64,000 bases of DNA. It comes from Longimicrobiales bacterium. GTDB taxonomy: Bacteria; Gemmatimonadota; Gemmatimonadetes; Longimicrobiales; Gaopeijiaceae. Position numbers and translations under genes: made by a program. This document shows, piece by piece, positions 28,995-37,437 of the stretch. Within the stretch, counting starts at the first letter, position 1; the number at the start of each line of letters is the position of its first letter. The DNA lies in assembly GCA_963664435.2 (NCBI GenBank), contig CAXXKM010000003.1, forward strand, positions 1,120,001 through 1,184,000, written 5' to 3'. The notes under the pieces are model-generated. The model was not told the origin of the DNA, made no database searches, and saw only the letters and a program-made list of their open reading frames with translations.

Positions 28995-29333
28995 ATGCCA
29001 GAGCGCCGCACCGCCGTCGTCACCGCCCGCGTATCGGCGACCGAGTTCGCCGACTGGCGGGCCAAAGCCGCAGCCGCAGGCGTGCCCCTGTCGGCGCTCA
29101 TCCGGCGAGCCATGGCCCGTACTCGGACCTGGACGGCCCGCGCGGCCGAGGTCGAGCGCGAGCGCACCCGGGAGGCCGGCCGCATCGGCAACAACCTCAA
29201 CCAGATCGCTCGGTGGGCAAACACCCACAAGGGGTCGGCCGAGGCCGTCGAGGTGATCGCCCGCCTTGTCGCCATAGAGCGGGCCCTCACGGCGCTTGCT
29301 CGCTTCGAGAGCCCGGACTCCGATGCACATTAA
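28995..29333 (+). CDS. mobC: Mobilization accessory protein MobC/MbeC
   Basis: RHH-like N-terminus and RIGNNLNQIARWAN motif. Confidence 0.9.
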   Translation: MPERRTAVVTARVSATEFADWRAKAAAAGVPLSALIRRAMARTRTWTARAAEVERERTREAGRIGNNLNQIARWANTHKGSAEAVEVIARLVAIERALTALARFESPDSDAH

Positions 29334-30867
29334 GTTCCTGGCGCACGGGACCGGCTCGGCCGGCAAGGCGGCTGGCTACCTGTTGGGGGAGCGGGACGCC
29401 GCCGGGAAGCCGCGCGAGGGCGTCGAGGTGCTGCGCGGGAACCCGGACATGGTGGCCGCGGTGGCCGATTCGCTCGACTTCGAGCACAGGTACACGTCCG
29501 GCGTGATCGCCTGGGCGCCGGACGACCAACCCACCGACGAGCAGATCGAGGCGGTCCTGGACGCCTTCGAGAAGACGGCCTGGGCGGGACTGGAACCCGA
29601 CCGCTACGCATGGGCGGCCGTGCTCCACCGCGAGCGCGGCGGAGGGGCTCACGTCCACGTCCTTGCCGCACGGTGTGACCTCGAAACCGGCCGCAGCCTC
29701 AACATCGCGCCTCCGGGATGGCGGAGGGCGTTCGATCCGCTCCGCGACGCCTTCAACCACGAGCACGGCTGGAGCCGGCCGGACGATCCGGCCAGGGCCA
29801 GAGTGCAGCACCCCGGCCACCGCGCCTACGTCGAAGCGGCACAGCTGCGGGCCGGGCTCCGGCTCGAATCCTCCCCCCGCGACCTGATCCGGGACTACCT
29901 GTTTCAGAGGGTCGAGCACGGCACGGTGCGGAATCGCCACGATGTCGTGTACGCACTGCGGGAGGCGGGCCTCGAAGTGCCGCGCCAGGGCAAGGACTAC
30001 CTCACCGCGCTCGACCCCGAGACCGGGGACCGGTGGCGGCTGAAAGGAGAACTGTATGGAGAGAACTTCGACCGCGAACGATTTGACCGAACGGCTGCGG
30101 AGACGGCTGGAGAGCGAACGCAGGGAGATCGAGGAGTTGACCGCGAGCGAGCTCGCACAGCTCGCCGAGAACTCGCGGCGCGTCGTGAGGAACGCGCTGC
30201 GTACCATCGAGCGCGATACGGAGGAGGCGACCGGGCGGATGCGCGAGTTGCTGGTCAAGGCGTGGCTCCGGCCGCTGATCGTCGGCCTGAGTCTTTGGAT
30301 CGGTTTCTTCGGCGGAAGCTGGGCGACGATGCGCTGGTTGGCGGGCAGCATTCAGGACCGGATCGTGACCCGCGCCGAACTAAACCGGGACATCGAGGAC
30401 GCCCGGCGAACGCTGGCCCAACTGGAGGTGGATACCTGGGGGCTCGTGTTCCACGAGATCGAGGGCGAGCGGTTCGTGGTGGTGCCGGACGGGGTGCTGG
30501 CCGATCCGCCCTGGTGGGTGGACGGGGATCGTCCGGCGTTGAAGCTGTCGAACGAGTAAAGGAGGTCTATGACGCGTTAGAGGAGCAGTTGACGAGAGCC
30601 TTGCGGAGGCTGTGCGCGCAGTACGAAACGGAACAGCGGCGGCACTCCGGGCAGGTCGAAGCCTTGCAGCGGCAGGTCGAAGCCTTGCAAGGGCGCGTCG
30701 AGCGGCAAAGCGGGGAGAACGAAGCCTTGCGGCAGCACGTCGAGCGGCAGAGCGCGGAGAACGAAGCCTTGCAGATGCGAATCGAGCGGCTCGACGCGCT
30801 AGCGACACGCTTGGCCGAGTATTCCGGGACATCCGCCGTCGCGAGACCGCGCGGCCTCGGTATCTGA
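29323..30867 (+). CDS. mobA: Relaxase MobA/MbeA-like; C-terminus shifted into the MobD frame
   Basis: MHIKF..GTGS...AAGYLL, YTSGVIAW, VLHRE....AHVHVL and GRSLNIAPPG motifs. Confidence 0.88.
   Translation: MHIKFLAHGTGSAGKAAGYLLGERDAAGKPREGVEVLRGNPDMVAAVADSLDFEHRYTSGVIAWAPDDQPTDEQIEAVLDAFEKTAWAGLEPDRYAWAAVLHRERGGGAHVHVLAARCDLETGRSLNIAPPGWRRAFDPLRDAFNHEHGWSRPDDPARARVQHPGHRAYVEAAQLRAGLRLESSPRDLIRDYLFQRVEHGTVRNRHDVVYALREAGLEVPRQGKDYLTALDPETGDRWRLKGELYGENFDRERFDRTAAETAGERTQGDRGVDRERARTARRELAARREERAAYHRARYGGGDRADARVAGQGVAPAADRRPESLDRFLRRKLGDDALVGGQHSGPDRDPRRTKPGHRGRPANAGPTGGGYLGARVPRDRGRAVRGGAGRGAGRSALVGGRGSSGVEAVERVKEVYDALEEQLTRALRRLCAQYETEQRRHSGQVEALQRQVEALQGRVERQSGENEALRQHVERQSAENEALQMRIERLDALATRLAEYSGTSAVARPRGLGI
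30056..30559 (+). CDS. MbeB-like mobilization protein nested in an alternate frame of the relaxase
   Basis: Own AAGGAG RBS, coiled coil plus one TM helix, same nested layout as ColE1 mbeB. Confidence 0.7.
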   Translation: MERTSTANDLTERLRRRLESERREIEELTASELAQLAENSRRVVRNALRTIERDTEEATGRMRELLVKAWLRPLIVGLSLWIGFFGGSWATMRWLAGSIQDRIVTRAELNRDIEDARRTLAQLEVDTWGLVFHEIEGERFVVVPDGVLADPPWWVDGDRPALKLSNE

Positions 30868-31048
30868 TGCGCCGCCCGGGACCGGACCGCGATCAGGGTC
30901 CGAGCCGCTGACGATGGCGTCCAGTCGCTTGCCACCCGAACGCCGCAGCGTCCGGCGCGCCGTCAACCGCCCGTCTGGCGGAGACGCCTTGCCGAAGCGA
31001 AGTTTCAAACGCGCAGATCGTGCGGTCCATCACGAGAGGAATCGAGTG

Positions 31049-32218
31049 ATGGCACGCACGAAACGAAGTCGGCGCTCGTACAGCGCCGGCGAATGGGGCC
31101 GGAATCGGGTCCGGGTCTTTACCGATCCCAGAACCGGCATCATCCAGGTCGACTGGCGCGAGAACGGGCGCAGGCTCACCCGGTCGCTGAAGCACCGCGA
31201 CTGGGCGCTGGCCAAGAAGCAGGCCGACGAGATCGCCGCCGGGCTCGCCGAGCCGGTGGCCGCGGGCCCGGCCGAAGCCGAGCTCGAGCCGCTCACCCTC
31301 AAGACGCTTTTTGACATCTACGTTGAAGAGGTGACGCCCACCAAGGCGGACTCGTCTCAGCAGTCCGACCGGGCCGCGATGCGGATGTTCCTCCGGTTCT
31401 TCGGGAAGCACCGAAAAGCCGCGACGCTCTCCCGGCGTGACTGGGATCGCTTCATCCGGGCGCGCCGCGCGGGAAAGGCCGGCGGCAGCCGTCGGCCCGT
31501 CGCCGGCCGGACCATTCAAAAGGACCTGAAGTTGCTGCTCGCGGTCCTCAATTGGGCCGCGAGATCGCGGGACGAGGAGGGAAGGCTCCTCCTCGCGTCG
31601 AATCCGCTCCGGGGCCTCAAGTCTCCGACCGAGAAGAACCCGCTCCGGGTGACGCTCACCCAAGCGGAGTACGAGGCGCTGCTTCGGGTGGCCGGGGACG
31701 TGGATTGGCGGTTCCGCGTGGCTCTGGTTCTTGCCCACGAGACGGGACACCGTATCGGGGCGATCTGCAAGCTTCGCTGGTCCGATGTCGACCTCGAGGC
31801 TAGGACCATCCGGTGGCGCAGCGAACACGAGAAGACCGGGTACGAACACCAAACGCCGATCACCTCCATGGCGCGGGCCATTCTGGTGGAGGCGCGCAGG
31901 CGCAACCCCGGGATCGGCGACGCGCCGGTGATGCCCGCGCCGAAGGACCCTTCGGCGTGCATGACCCGCTGGCTGGCGAGCGGTTGGTGGAAGAAGGCCG
32001 AAGGACGCGCGGGGCTCGAGCCCAAGCGGGGCCGCGGCTGGCACTCGCTGAGGCGCAAGTTTGCTTCGGACCTCATGGACCTGCCTCTGAAGGTGCTCTG
32101 CGACCTGGGCGGCTGGAAGACCGCCCAGACGGTCCTCCAGTGCTACCAGAAGCCCGATGAGGAACGCCTCAGGAGGGCTCTTGAGGAGTACCGGGAGGCC
32201 GGTTTTGGGTCCAATTAG
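31049..32218 (+). CDS. Tyrosine integrase of element A
   Basis: ETGHRIG (R), EHEKTG (K), WHSLRR (HxxR), GGW and QCY; ends next to the tRNA 3' end. Confidence 0.93.
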   Translation: MARTKRSRRSYSAGEWGRNRVRVFTDPRTGIIQVDWRENGRRLTRSLKHRDWALAKKQADEIAAGLAEPVAAGPAEAELEPLTLKTLFDIYVEEVTPTKADSSQQSDRAAMRMFLRFFGKHRKAATLSRRDWDRFIRARRAGKAGGSRRPVAGRTIQKDLKLLLAVLNWAARSRDEEGRLLLASNPLRGLKSPTEKNPLRVTLTQAEYEALLRVAGDVDWRFRVALVLAHETGHRIGAICKLRWSDVDLEARTIRWRSEHEKTGYEHQTPITSMARAILVEARRRNPGIGDAPVMPAPKDPSACMTRWLASGWWKKAEGRAGLEPKRGRGWHSLRRKFASDLMDLPLKVLCDLGGWKTAQTVLQCYQKPDEERLRRALEEYREAGFGSN

Positions 32219-32265
32219 CGAACATAAATAGCGAACATCGGGACCCCCGAGTCGCGTAAGTTCAA

Positions 32266-32340
32266 TGGGCGCTGCAGGATTCGAACCTGCGACCTCCTGC
32301 TTGTAAGGCAGGCGCTCTGAACCAACTGAGCTAAGCGCCC
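32266..32340 (-). tRNA. tRNA-Val (anticodon TAC), CCA not encoded
   Basis: GGGCGCTTAGCTCAGTTGGTTCAGAGCGCCTGCCTTACAAGCAGGAGGTCGCAGGTTCGAATCCTGCAGCGCCCA folds as a cloverleaf. Confidence 0.97.
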
Positions 32341-32390
32341 CGCAACGACTTACGGGATTCCAGGGGTGGGATTCCCGCTTTTTATTCCCG

Positions 32391-33557
32391 CTAAATGGAT
32401 CCGGAAGTAGCCCGGCGACGCTCTTCAAGAGCCTCTCTGAGCCGATCCACGTCCGCGTGTTGGTAACACTGAAGGATCGTGTGGGGCGTCTTCCAGCCGC
32501 CCAGTTCGCAGAGCACCTTCAGTGGCTGGTCCATGAGGTCAGACGCGAACTTGCGCCTCAGGGAGTGCCAGCCACGCCCGCGCTTCGGCGCCAGCCCTGC
32601 AAGCGCCTCGGCTTTCCGCCACCAGACACGCACGCGGGACCGGTCCAAGCACCTCGACGGGTCCTTCGGCGCGGGCAGCACGGGAGCGTTCCCGGTGCTG
32701 GGGTTCCGCATCCGCGCCTCCTCCAGGACGGTCAGCACCTCGACCGTTATCGGCGTCCGGTGTTCGTATCCGGTCTTCTCATTCTCGGCGCGCCACCGAA
32801 TAGTCTTGTCCTCCACGTCGATGTCCGACCAGCGAAGCTGGCGGATCGCACCGATACGGTGTCCCGTTTCGTGGGCGATTACAAGCGCCACACGGAACCG
32901 CCAATCAATCCGCGGCGACACCCTGAGCAGCGCCTCGTACTCCTCTGGCGTGAGGACCACGCGGGTCGGATTCTTCTCCTTCGGCGCCTTGAGGCCCCTC
33001 AGCGGGTTGAACTCGAGGAGGAGTCTTCCCTCCTCGTCTCTGGACTTCGCGGCCCAGTTGAGGATCGCGATCAGGAACTTCAGGTCGCGTTCGATGGTGC
33101 GGTCGGACACCGGCCTGCCACTATGCCCCACCCTGCCCGTGCGCCGTTCCCGGATGAACCGGTCCCAGTCGCGTTGGGAGAGCGTGGCGGGCTTCCGGTT
33201 CCTTCCGAACAACCGAAGGAACATCGCCATCGTCCGGCGGTCGTACTTCTGCGCCCGCCCACTCTTGGTGGGGGTTACTTCGTCTCGGTAGATGTCAAAA
33301 AGCCCTTCCAGCGTGAGCGGCTCGGGCTCCCGTTCATCCCGGGGCCTCGGGCGAGTGAAGCCCGCGGCAAGTTCGTCCGCTTGCTTCTTGGCTTGGGCCC
33401 AGTCGCGGTGCTTCAGCGACCGGCTCAGCCTTCGACGCTTCTCGCGCCACTCGATCTGGAACAAGCCGGTCTTGGGATCGGGGAAGACCCTCACCCGGTT
33501 CCGGCCCCATTCGCCGGCGCTGTACGCGCGCCGGTCACGTTTCGTGCGTGCCATCAT
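32391..33557 (-). CDS. Tyrosine integrase of element B (paralog of 31049-32218)
   Basis: Same catalytic motifs; aligns along its full length with integrase A. Confidence 0.93.
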   Translation of the reverse strand: MMARTKRDRRAYSAGEWGRNRVRVFPDPKTGLFQIEWREKRRRLSRSLKHRDWAQAKKQADELAAGFTRPRPRDEREPEPLTLEGLFDIYRDEVTPTKSGRAQKYDRRTMAMFLRLFGRNRKPATLSQRDWDRFIRERRTGRVGHSGRPVSDRTIERDLKFLIAILNWAAKSRDEEGRLLLEFNPLRGLKAPKEKNPTRVVLTPEEYEALLRVSPRIDWRFRVALVIAHETGHRIGAIRQLRWSDIDVEDKTIRWRAENEKTGYEHRTPITVEVLTVLEEARMRNPSTGNAPVLPAPKDPSRCLDRSRVRVWWRKAEALAGLAPKRGRGWHSLRRKFASDLMDQPLKVLCELGGWKTPHTILQCYQHADVDRLREALEERRRATSGSI

Positions 33558-33943
33558 TCGATTCCTTTTTCGATGATGGACTGCACGATCTGCGCATTTG
33601 AAACCTCACCCGATCGGCGCTTCTCCGCCAGTCTCGGCTCGGCGGGCGCATGGGCCTTCCGGGGGAGGTCCTTGAGGGCGATCCTGGGCGCGCCGGGGCG
33701 TCCGGCGTTGGGGATCCTGCCGTCGCGGACGAGCCGTCCGAGGTGGTCGGCGGAGTATCCGCTCTCCCGCGAAGCCTCGACGAGCGAGAACGTGGTCTCG
33801 TCGCGCTCGACGAGGGTGGCTTCGAGGTCGTCGGCGCAGCGTTCGATCGCGGTGGCCGGGGTCGCTCCGCCGTAACGGCGGAGCGACTTGGCTTGTCTGC
33901 GCCAGTTGGCGGGCAGGCCCTCGACGGTCGGTCGATCCTTCAT
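33554..33943 (-). CDS. HTH excisionase/RDF-like protein
   Basis: SLVEASRESGYSADHLGRLVRDGRIP HTH; overlaps the integrase start. Confidence 0.65.
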   Translation of the reverse strand: MKDRPTVEGLPANWRRQAKSLRRYGGATPATAIERCADDLEATLVERDETTFSLVEASRESGYSADHLGRLVRDGRIPNAGRPGAPRIALKDLPRKAHAPAEPRLAEKRRSGEVSNAQIVQSIIEKGIE

Positions 33944-33948
33944 GCGCG

Positions 33949-34263
33949 TCACTCCCAGTCTCCTTCGGCGTCCCTGCGGAGCGCATCGGCGAGGTCATGA
34001 TCCCCTTCACCGCGCCGGACGGACCGCTCGGCGAGATCGACGCGGCTGCCGAGATCGGCGAGCCCCGTGGCGCGGGCAACGCCGTAGATGGCGGCCGCGA
34101 CGGTGAAGACGGCGAACGCCGCGTGCAGGCCGACGCCGACGCCATGCCGGGCGAAGATGAGCGACCAGTGGGGCGCGAGGTATTCGAGGCGGGATCCGCC
34201 GAGGAGCAGGACGGATCCCACGAGCGCGGCGCTCAGTCCCGCGCTGATCTTCCAAGGCTGCAT
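33949..34263 (-). CDS. Small membrane protein
   Basis: Two hydrophobic segments, GGAGG RBS, within the operon. Confidence 0.65.
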   Translation of the reverse strand: MQPWKISAGLSAALVGSVLLLGGSRLEYLAPHWSLIFARHGVGVGLHAAFAVFTVAAAIYGVARATGLADLGSRVDLAERSVRRGEGDHDLADALRRDAEGDWE

Positions 34264-34285
34264 GGCGGGGTGTCCTCCCTGACGG

Positions 34286-35173
34286 TCAGAGTTCGACGGA
34301 GGCCGGATCGCGGTCGGCGCGTCCCCCGGTCCAAGAACCGTCGTCGCCGTGGCCCAGGCCGAGCTTTTGGAGCATGCCCGCGGCGGCCGGGCCGCTGGCG
34401 TGCATCGCGAACCCGGCGGCGGCCTTGGCGGTCAGCGCCGGTTCGCGGTAGTTGCCGGACGCGACCTCGACGTTGATGCGTCCGGTGCGTCCCTCGGCGT
34501 CCTCGTACTCAATCTGCGCGTCCGGGTAGAGCACCTGGCCGGCCTCGTCGAGAGGCAGCCCGAGCTCTTCGGCCGTGCGGTGCCGCTCGGCATCGGCGGC
34601 GCTCTTGCCGTTCCGCCGCCGCTCCGCCTCGCTCGCTCGCGCGACGGCGCTCTTGAGTTCCGCGTCGAGGCGGACGCGGCGCACCCGCGCGTCCCGCCTG
34701 CGGAGCCGCTCCCGTTCCCGGGCGCAGGCGCGGTAGACGGCGGTGTCGTGGCTGGCCTGGGCGTCCCGGATGCGGGGGATTTCGATCCGCTGCTGCCGGT
34801 CCATCCCCCGCGCGGCGGCGAGCTTCCGCGCGTCGGCGACGCCGGCCGGGGTGAGCGTGAGGACCTTGAACGGGTTGCCGTTCGGGCCGGTGACGGTGGT
34901 CTCGGTGACAAGCCCGTCCTCGATCCACATGTCAACGGCGCGGCGCGTGGTGTAGGGATGCCCGCCGAAGCGCGCCTCGGCGAGGTCGCGGAACGATACC
35001 GCGCCGTGGACGCCGATGTCGGCCAGCGCCCCGGCGCAACGTTCGGGGAAGGGGATGGACCCGCGCGCCCGGTCCGCAGCGTATTCTCGGCGGTGGCCGT
35101 CCCGCATCGGCAAGCGATTGCGGCTGGGTGGCGCGGTGGGGCGCGGGTCCGGTCCGACCTTGCGGTCGAACAT
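34286..35173 (-). CDS. Replication-relaxation (Replic_Relax)-like protein, candidate ICE relaxase
   Basis: wHTH-like N-terminus, ASHD, and YPDAQIEYED...INVEVASGNY (PD-(D/E)xK-like). Confidence 0.55.
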   Translation of the reverse strand: MFDRKVGPDPRPTAPPSRNRLPMRDGHRREYAADRARGSIPFPERCAGALADIGVHGAVSFRDLAEARFGGHPYTTRRAVDMWIEDGLVTETTVTGPNGNPFKVLTLTPAGVADARKLAAARGMDRQQRIEIPRIRDAQASHDTAVYRACARERERLRRRDARVRRVRLDAELKSAVARASEAERRRNGKSAADAERHRTAEELGLPLDEAGQVLYPDAQIEYEDAEGRTGRINVEVASGNYREPALTAKAAAGFAMHASGPAAAGMLQKLGLGHGDDGSWTGGRADRDPASVEL

Positions 35174-35195
35174 TCCTCTCCCTCTCATCGGTCGT

Positions 35196-36233
35196 TCAGC
35201 GGCTCGGCCCGGCGCTCCGCGCGGGCGTTGGGAGCTGCGGCACGGGGACCTGGATCCGCTGGGGTCCCTGCGGTCCGGGCACGCGGGTCGCGGCCGCGGC
35301 CATGGGTTCCCGCGCGGTCTCGCGCTCGATGTGACGCACGAGCACGAAGTCGGAGATCCGCTGCGCGTCTGCGGCGGCGCGCCGGATCTCGCGCGGGTCC
35401 TCCTCGAGTGCCTGGATCCAGCCCTCGACGTAGGCGGCGCCCCGCGCCGGGTCGTGCCCGACCCCGACACGCTCGCCCGTCATCATCGCGCTGATCTCGG
35501 CCCTCAGCTCCTCCCTCGCGTAGGCGGGCGAGCCGAACCCGTTCTTGATCCCGTCGATGAGCGTCTCGCGCTTCATCCGCTCCTCGTGGCCGGTGCTGTG
35601 GCCCAGTTCGTGGAGCGCGGTCTGGTAGTAGTGGTTCGCCGAGGGGAACTGCCCGCGCTCGGGCAGCACGATCTCGTCGCGCTTCATGTGGTAGTAGGCG
35701 CGGTCGCCCTGGACGTGGCGGACCGGAACGCCCCCGTCCTCCATGACCTTTTCGGCCGCCTGGTGGACCTTCCAGAGCGGCTCGGGCGTCGGGTTCGCAC
35801 GCTCGGGCAGCCCGTCGGCCTGCTCGGCGTTGAACACGGTGTACTGGCGCACGAACGGTGCCTTGAGCTTCTCGTAGCGGTAGATGCGGTTGCCCTCGGC
35901 GTTCCGCTTCGGCTTCCCGCGCTCGTCGGTGACGGCGATCCGCTTCTTGTCCTGGAAGGAGAGGATGCGGGTGCCGCTCTCGCCCTTTCTGACCTGACCG
36001 CCCCGGGCCTGGATCTGGCGGTAGGTGCCCCAGCGCACGTCGCCGTAGCCGTGCTCCTGCTGGACGGCGGCGAGGTGCAGGCTGTTGCCGCCCCGGTAGG
36101 AGCGATCGGTGTCCACGTTCATGGGCATCACGCGCTCGCCCGGCGCCCACGGCTTCTGCCAGGGCGCGGTGCCCTGCCTGATCTGCTCGATGATCGCGTC
36201 GGCGAACTTGCGGTGGTATTCGTCGTGGTTCAT
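35196..36233 (-). CDS. ardC: ArdC-like ssDNA-binding antirestriction protein with zincin-like domain
   Basis: GTAPWQKPW, YRGGNSL, RWGTYRQ, VFNAEQ, LHELGHSTGH and YAREELRAE motifs. Confidence 0.9.
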   Translation of the reverse strand: MNHDEYHRKFADAIIEQIRQGTAPWQKPWAPGERVMPMNVDTDRSYRGGNSLHLAAVQQEHGYGDVRWGTYRQIQARGGQVRKGESGTRILSFQDKKRIAVTDERGKPKRNAEGNRIYRYEKLKAPFVRQYTVFNAEQADGLPERANPTPEPLWKVHQAAEKVMEDGGVPVRHVQGDRAYYHMKRDEIVLPERGQFPSANHYYQTALHELGHSTGHEERMKRETLIDGIKNGFGSPAYAREELRAEISAMMTGERVGVGHDPARGAAYVEGWIQALEEDPREIRRAAADAQRISDFVLVRHIERETAREPMAAAATRVPGPQGPQRIQVPVPQLPTPARSAGPSR

Positions 36234-36427
36234 TCGTCCACCTCCTCGCCGTGCGGGTCGTTCCAGGCGGCCACGATCTCGTCCTCGGTCCCGACATCCT
36301 CGGGGAAGAGGCCGTACTCCTCGGCCAGGTAGGCCCGGACTTCGAGGGTCTCGCCGCCGTCGCGGGCGAGTTCGAGGTCGAAGTCCTCGAACGTCTCGAT
36401 GGGGATGGTTCCGCCGTTCCAGGTCAT
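36230..36427 (-). CDS. Small, very acidic protein (65 aa)
   Basis: AGGAGG RBS; overlaps both neighbours; 20 D/E against 2 R. Confidence 0.7.
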   Translation of the reverse strand: MTWNGGTIPIETFEDFDLELARDGGETLEVRAYLAEEYGLFPEDVGTEDEIVAAWNDPHGEEVDE

Positions 36428-37437
36428 GGGTTCACCTCCTTCGGTGGGTGGGTGTGGGTTCTGCTTTCCCGTTGCGTCCCGGGCTGCGCTCCGGACGGCG
36501 CGGTGATCCAGTGGCCGGTGGGCGCGTCGTAGCCGCATACCTCGAGCGCGTCCTCGACGAACCGTCTGCCGCTGCGGCGGGCCACGTGCAGGACGAGCGC
36601 GATCCCGTCGACGACGCCCCGGCAGGTGACCTCCCAGGGCAGCGCGTCTCCGGCCTGCATGGCGCAGCTCGCGAGCCGCGAGAGCGCGGAGCGCGCGTTG
36701 TTGGCGTGGATGGTGGTCAGCGATCCGCCGTGGCCGGTGTTGAGCGCCTGCAGCAGGTCGGCGGCCTCGCCGCCCCGGACCTCGCCGACGACGATGTGGT
36801 CGGGCCGGTGGCGCAGCGCGTGGCGCACCAGGTCCCGGATCTCGACGGGCGTCTCGGAGAGCGTGGCCCCGGCCTCGAACCGGAGGCAGTTGGCGCGGTC
36901 GATCCTGAGTTCGAGCGTGTCCTCGATGGCGACGATCCGCTCGTCTTCCGGCAGCAGTTCGATCAGCGCGTTCAGGAGCGTGGTCTTGCCCGAGCCCGTG
37001 CCGCCGGAGACCAGGATGTTCTGGCGCGACGCAAGCGTGCTCCGAGCGGCTTCGAGGATGTCCTCAGGCAGCGAGCCCAGGCGCACCAGGTCCTCGGCCG
37101 AGAACGCACGGCCGCCGAACCGGCGGATGGTGATCGCGACCTCGGGACTCGCGGGCGGGGTGCAGATGGCGACCCGCGATCCGTCTTCGAGCCGAGCGTC
37201 CAGGATCGGCCGCGCGGCGGGATCGAGCCCGAGCGGGCGGGCGATGTGGATGGCGGCGCGGTGCAGCCAGGCTGACGTGAGTGCGGGAGCCTCGTGAGGC
37301 TCCAACTTCCCGGCCCGCTCGACCCAGACGTTGCCGGGCCCGTTGATCATGATCTCGGAGACCTGCGCGTCTTCGAGCAGCTCCTCCAGGCCCGGAAGGA
37401 ACGGAGTGAGGTGGCCGACGCCGCTCGCGCGCTTCAT
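36424..37437 (-). CDS. virB11: VirB11/CpaF family ATPase
   Basis: SEIMINGP, GGTGSGKTT, IEDTLEL, LRHRPDHIVVGEVRG and NTGHGG motifs. Confidence 0.92.
   Translation of the reverse strand: MKRASGVGHLTPFLPGLEELLEDAQVSEIMINGPGNVWVERAGKLEPHEAPALTSAWLHRAAIHIARPLGLDPAARPILDARLEDGSRVAICTPPASPEVAITIRRFGGRAFSAEDLVRLGSLPEDILEAARSTLASRQNILVSGGTGSGKTTLLNALIELLPEDERIVAIEDTLELRIDRANCLRFEAGATLSETPVEIRDLVRHALRHRPDHIVVGEVRGGEAADLLQALNTGHGGSLTTIHANNARSALSRLASCAMQAGDALPWEVTCRGVVDGIALVLHVARRSGRRFVEDALEVCGYDAPTGHWITAPSGAQPGTQRESRTHTHPPKEVNP

Larger units (their letters stand above)
11977..32300. mobile_element. Element A: ~20 kb integrative mobilizable element in tRNA-Val
   Basis: Bounded by a tRNA-Val direct repeat, with an integrase next to the tRNA, an oriT and mob genes. 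Confidence 0.85.
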
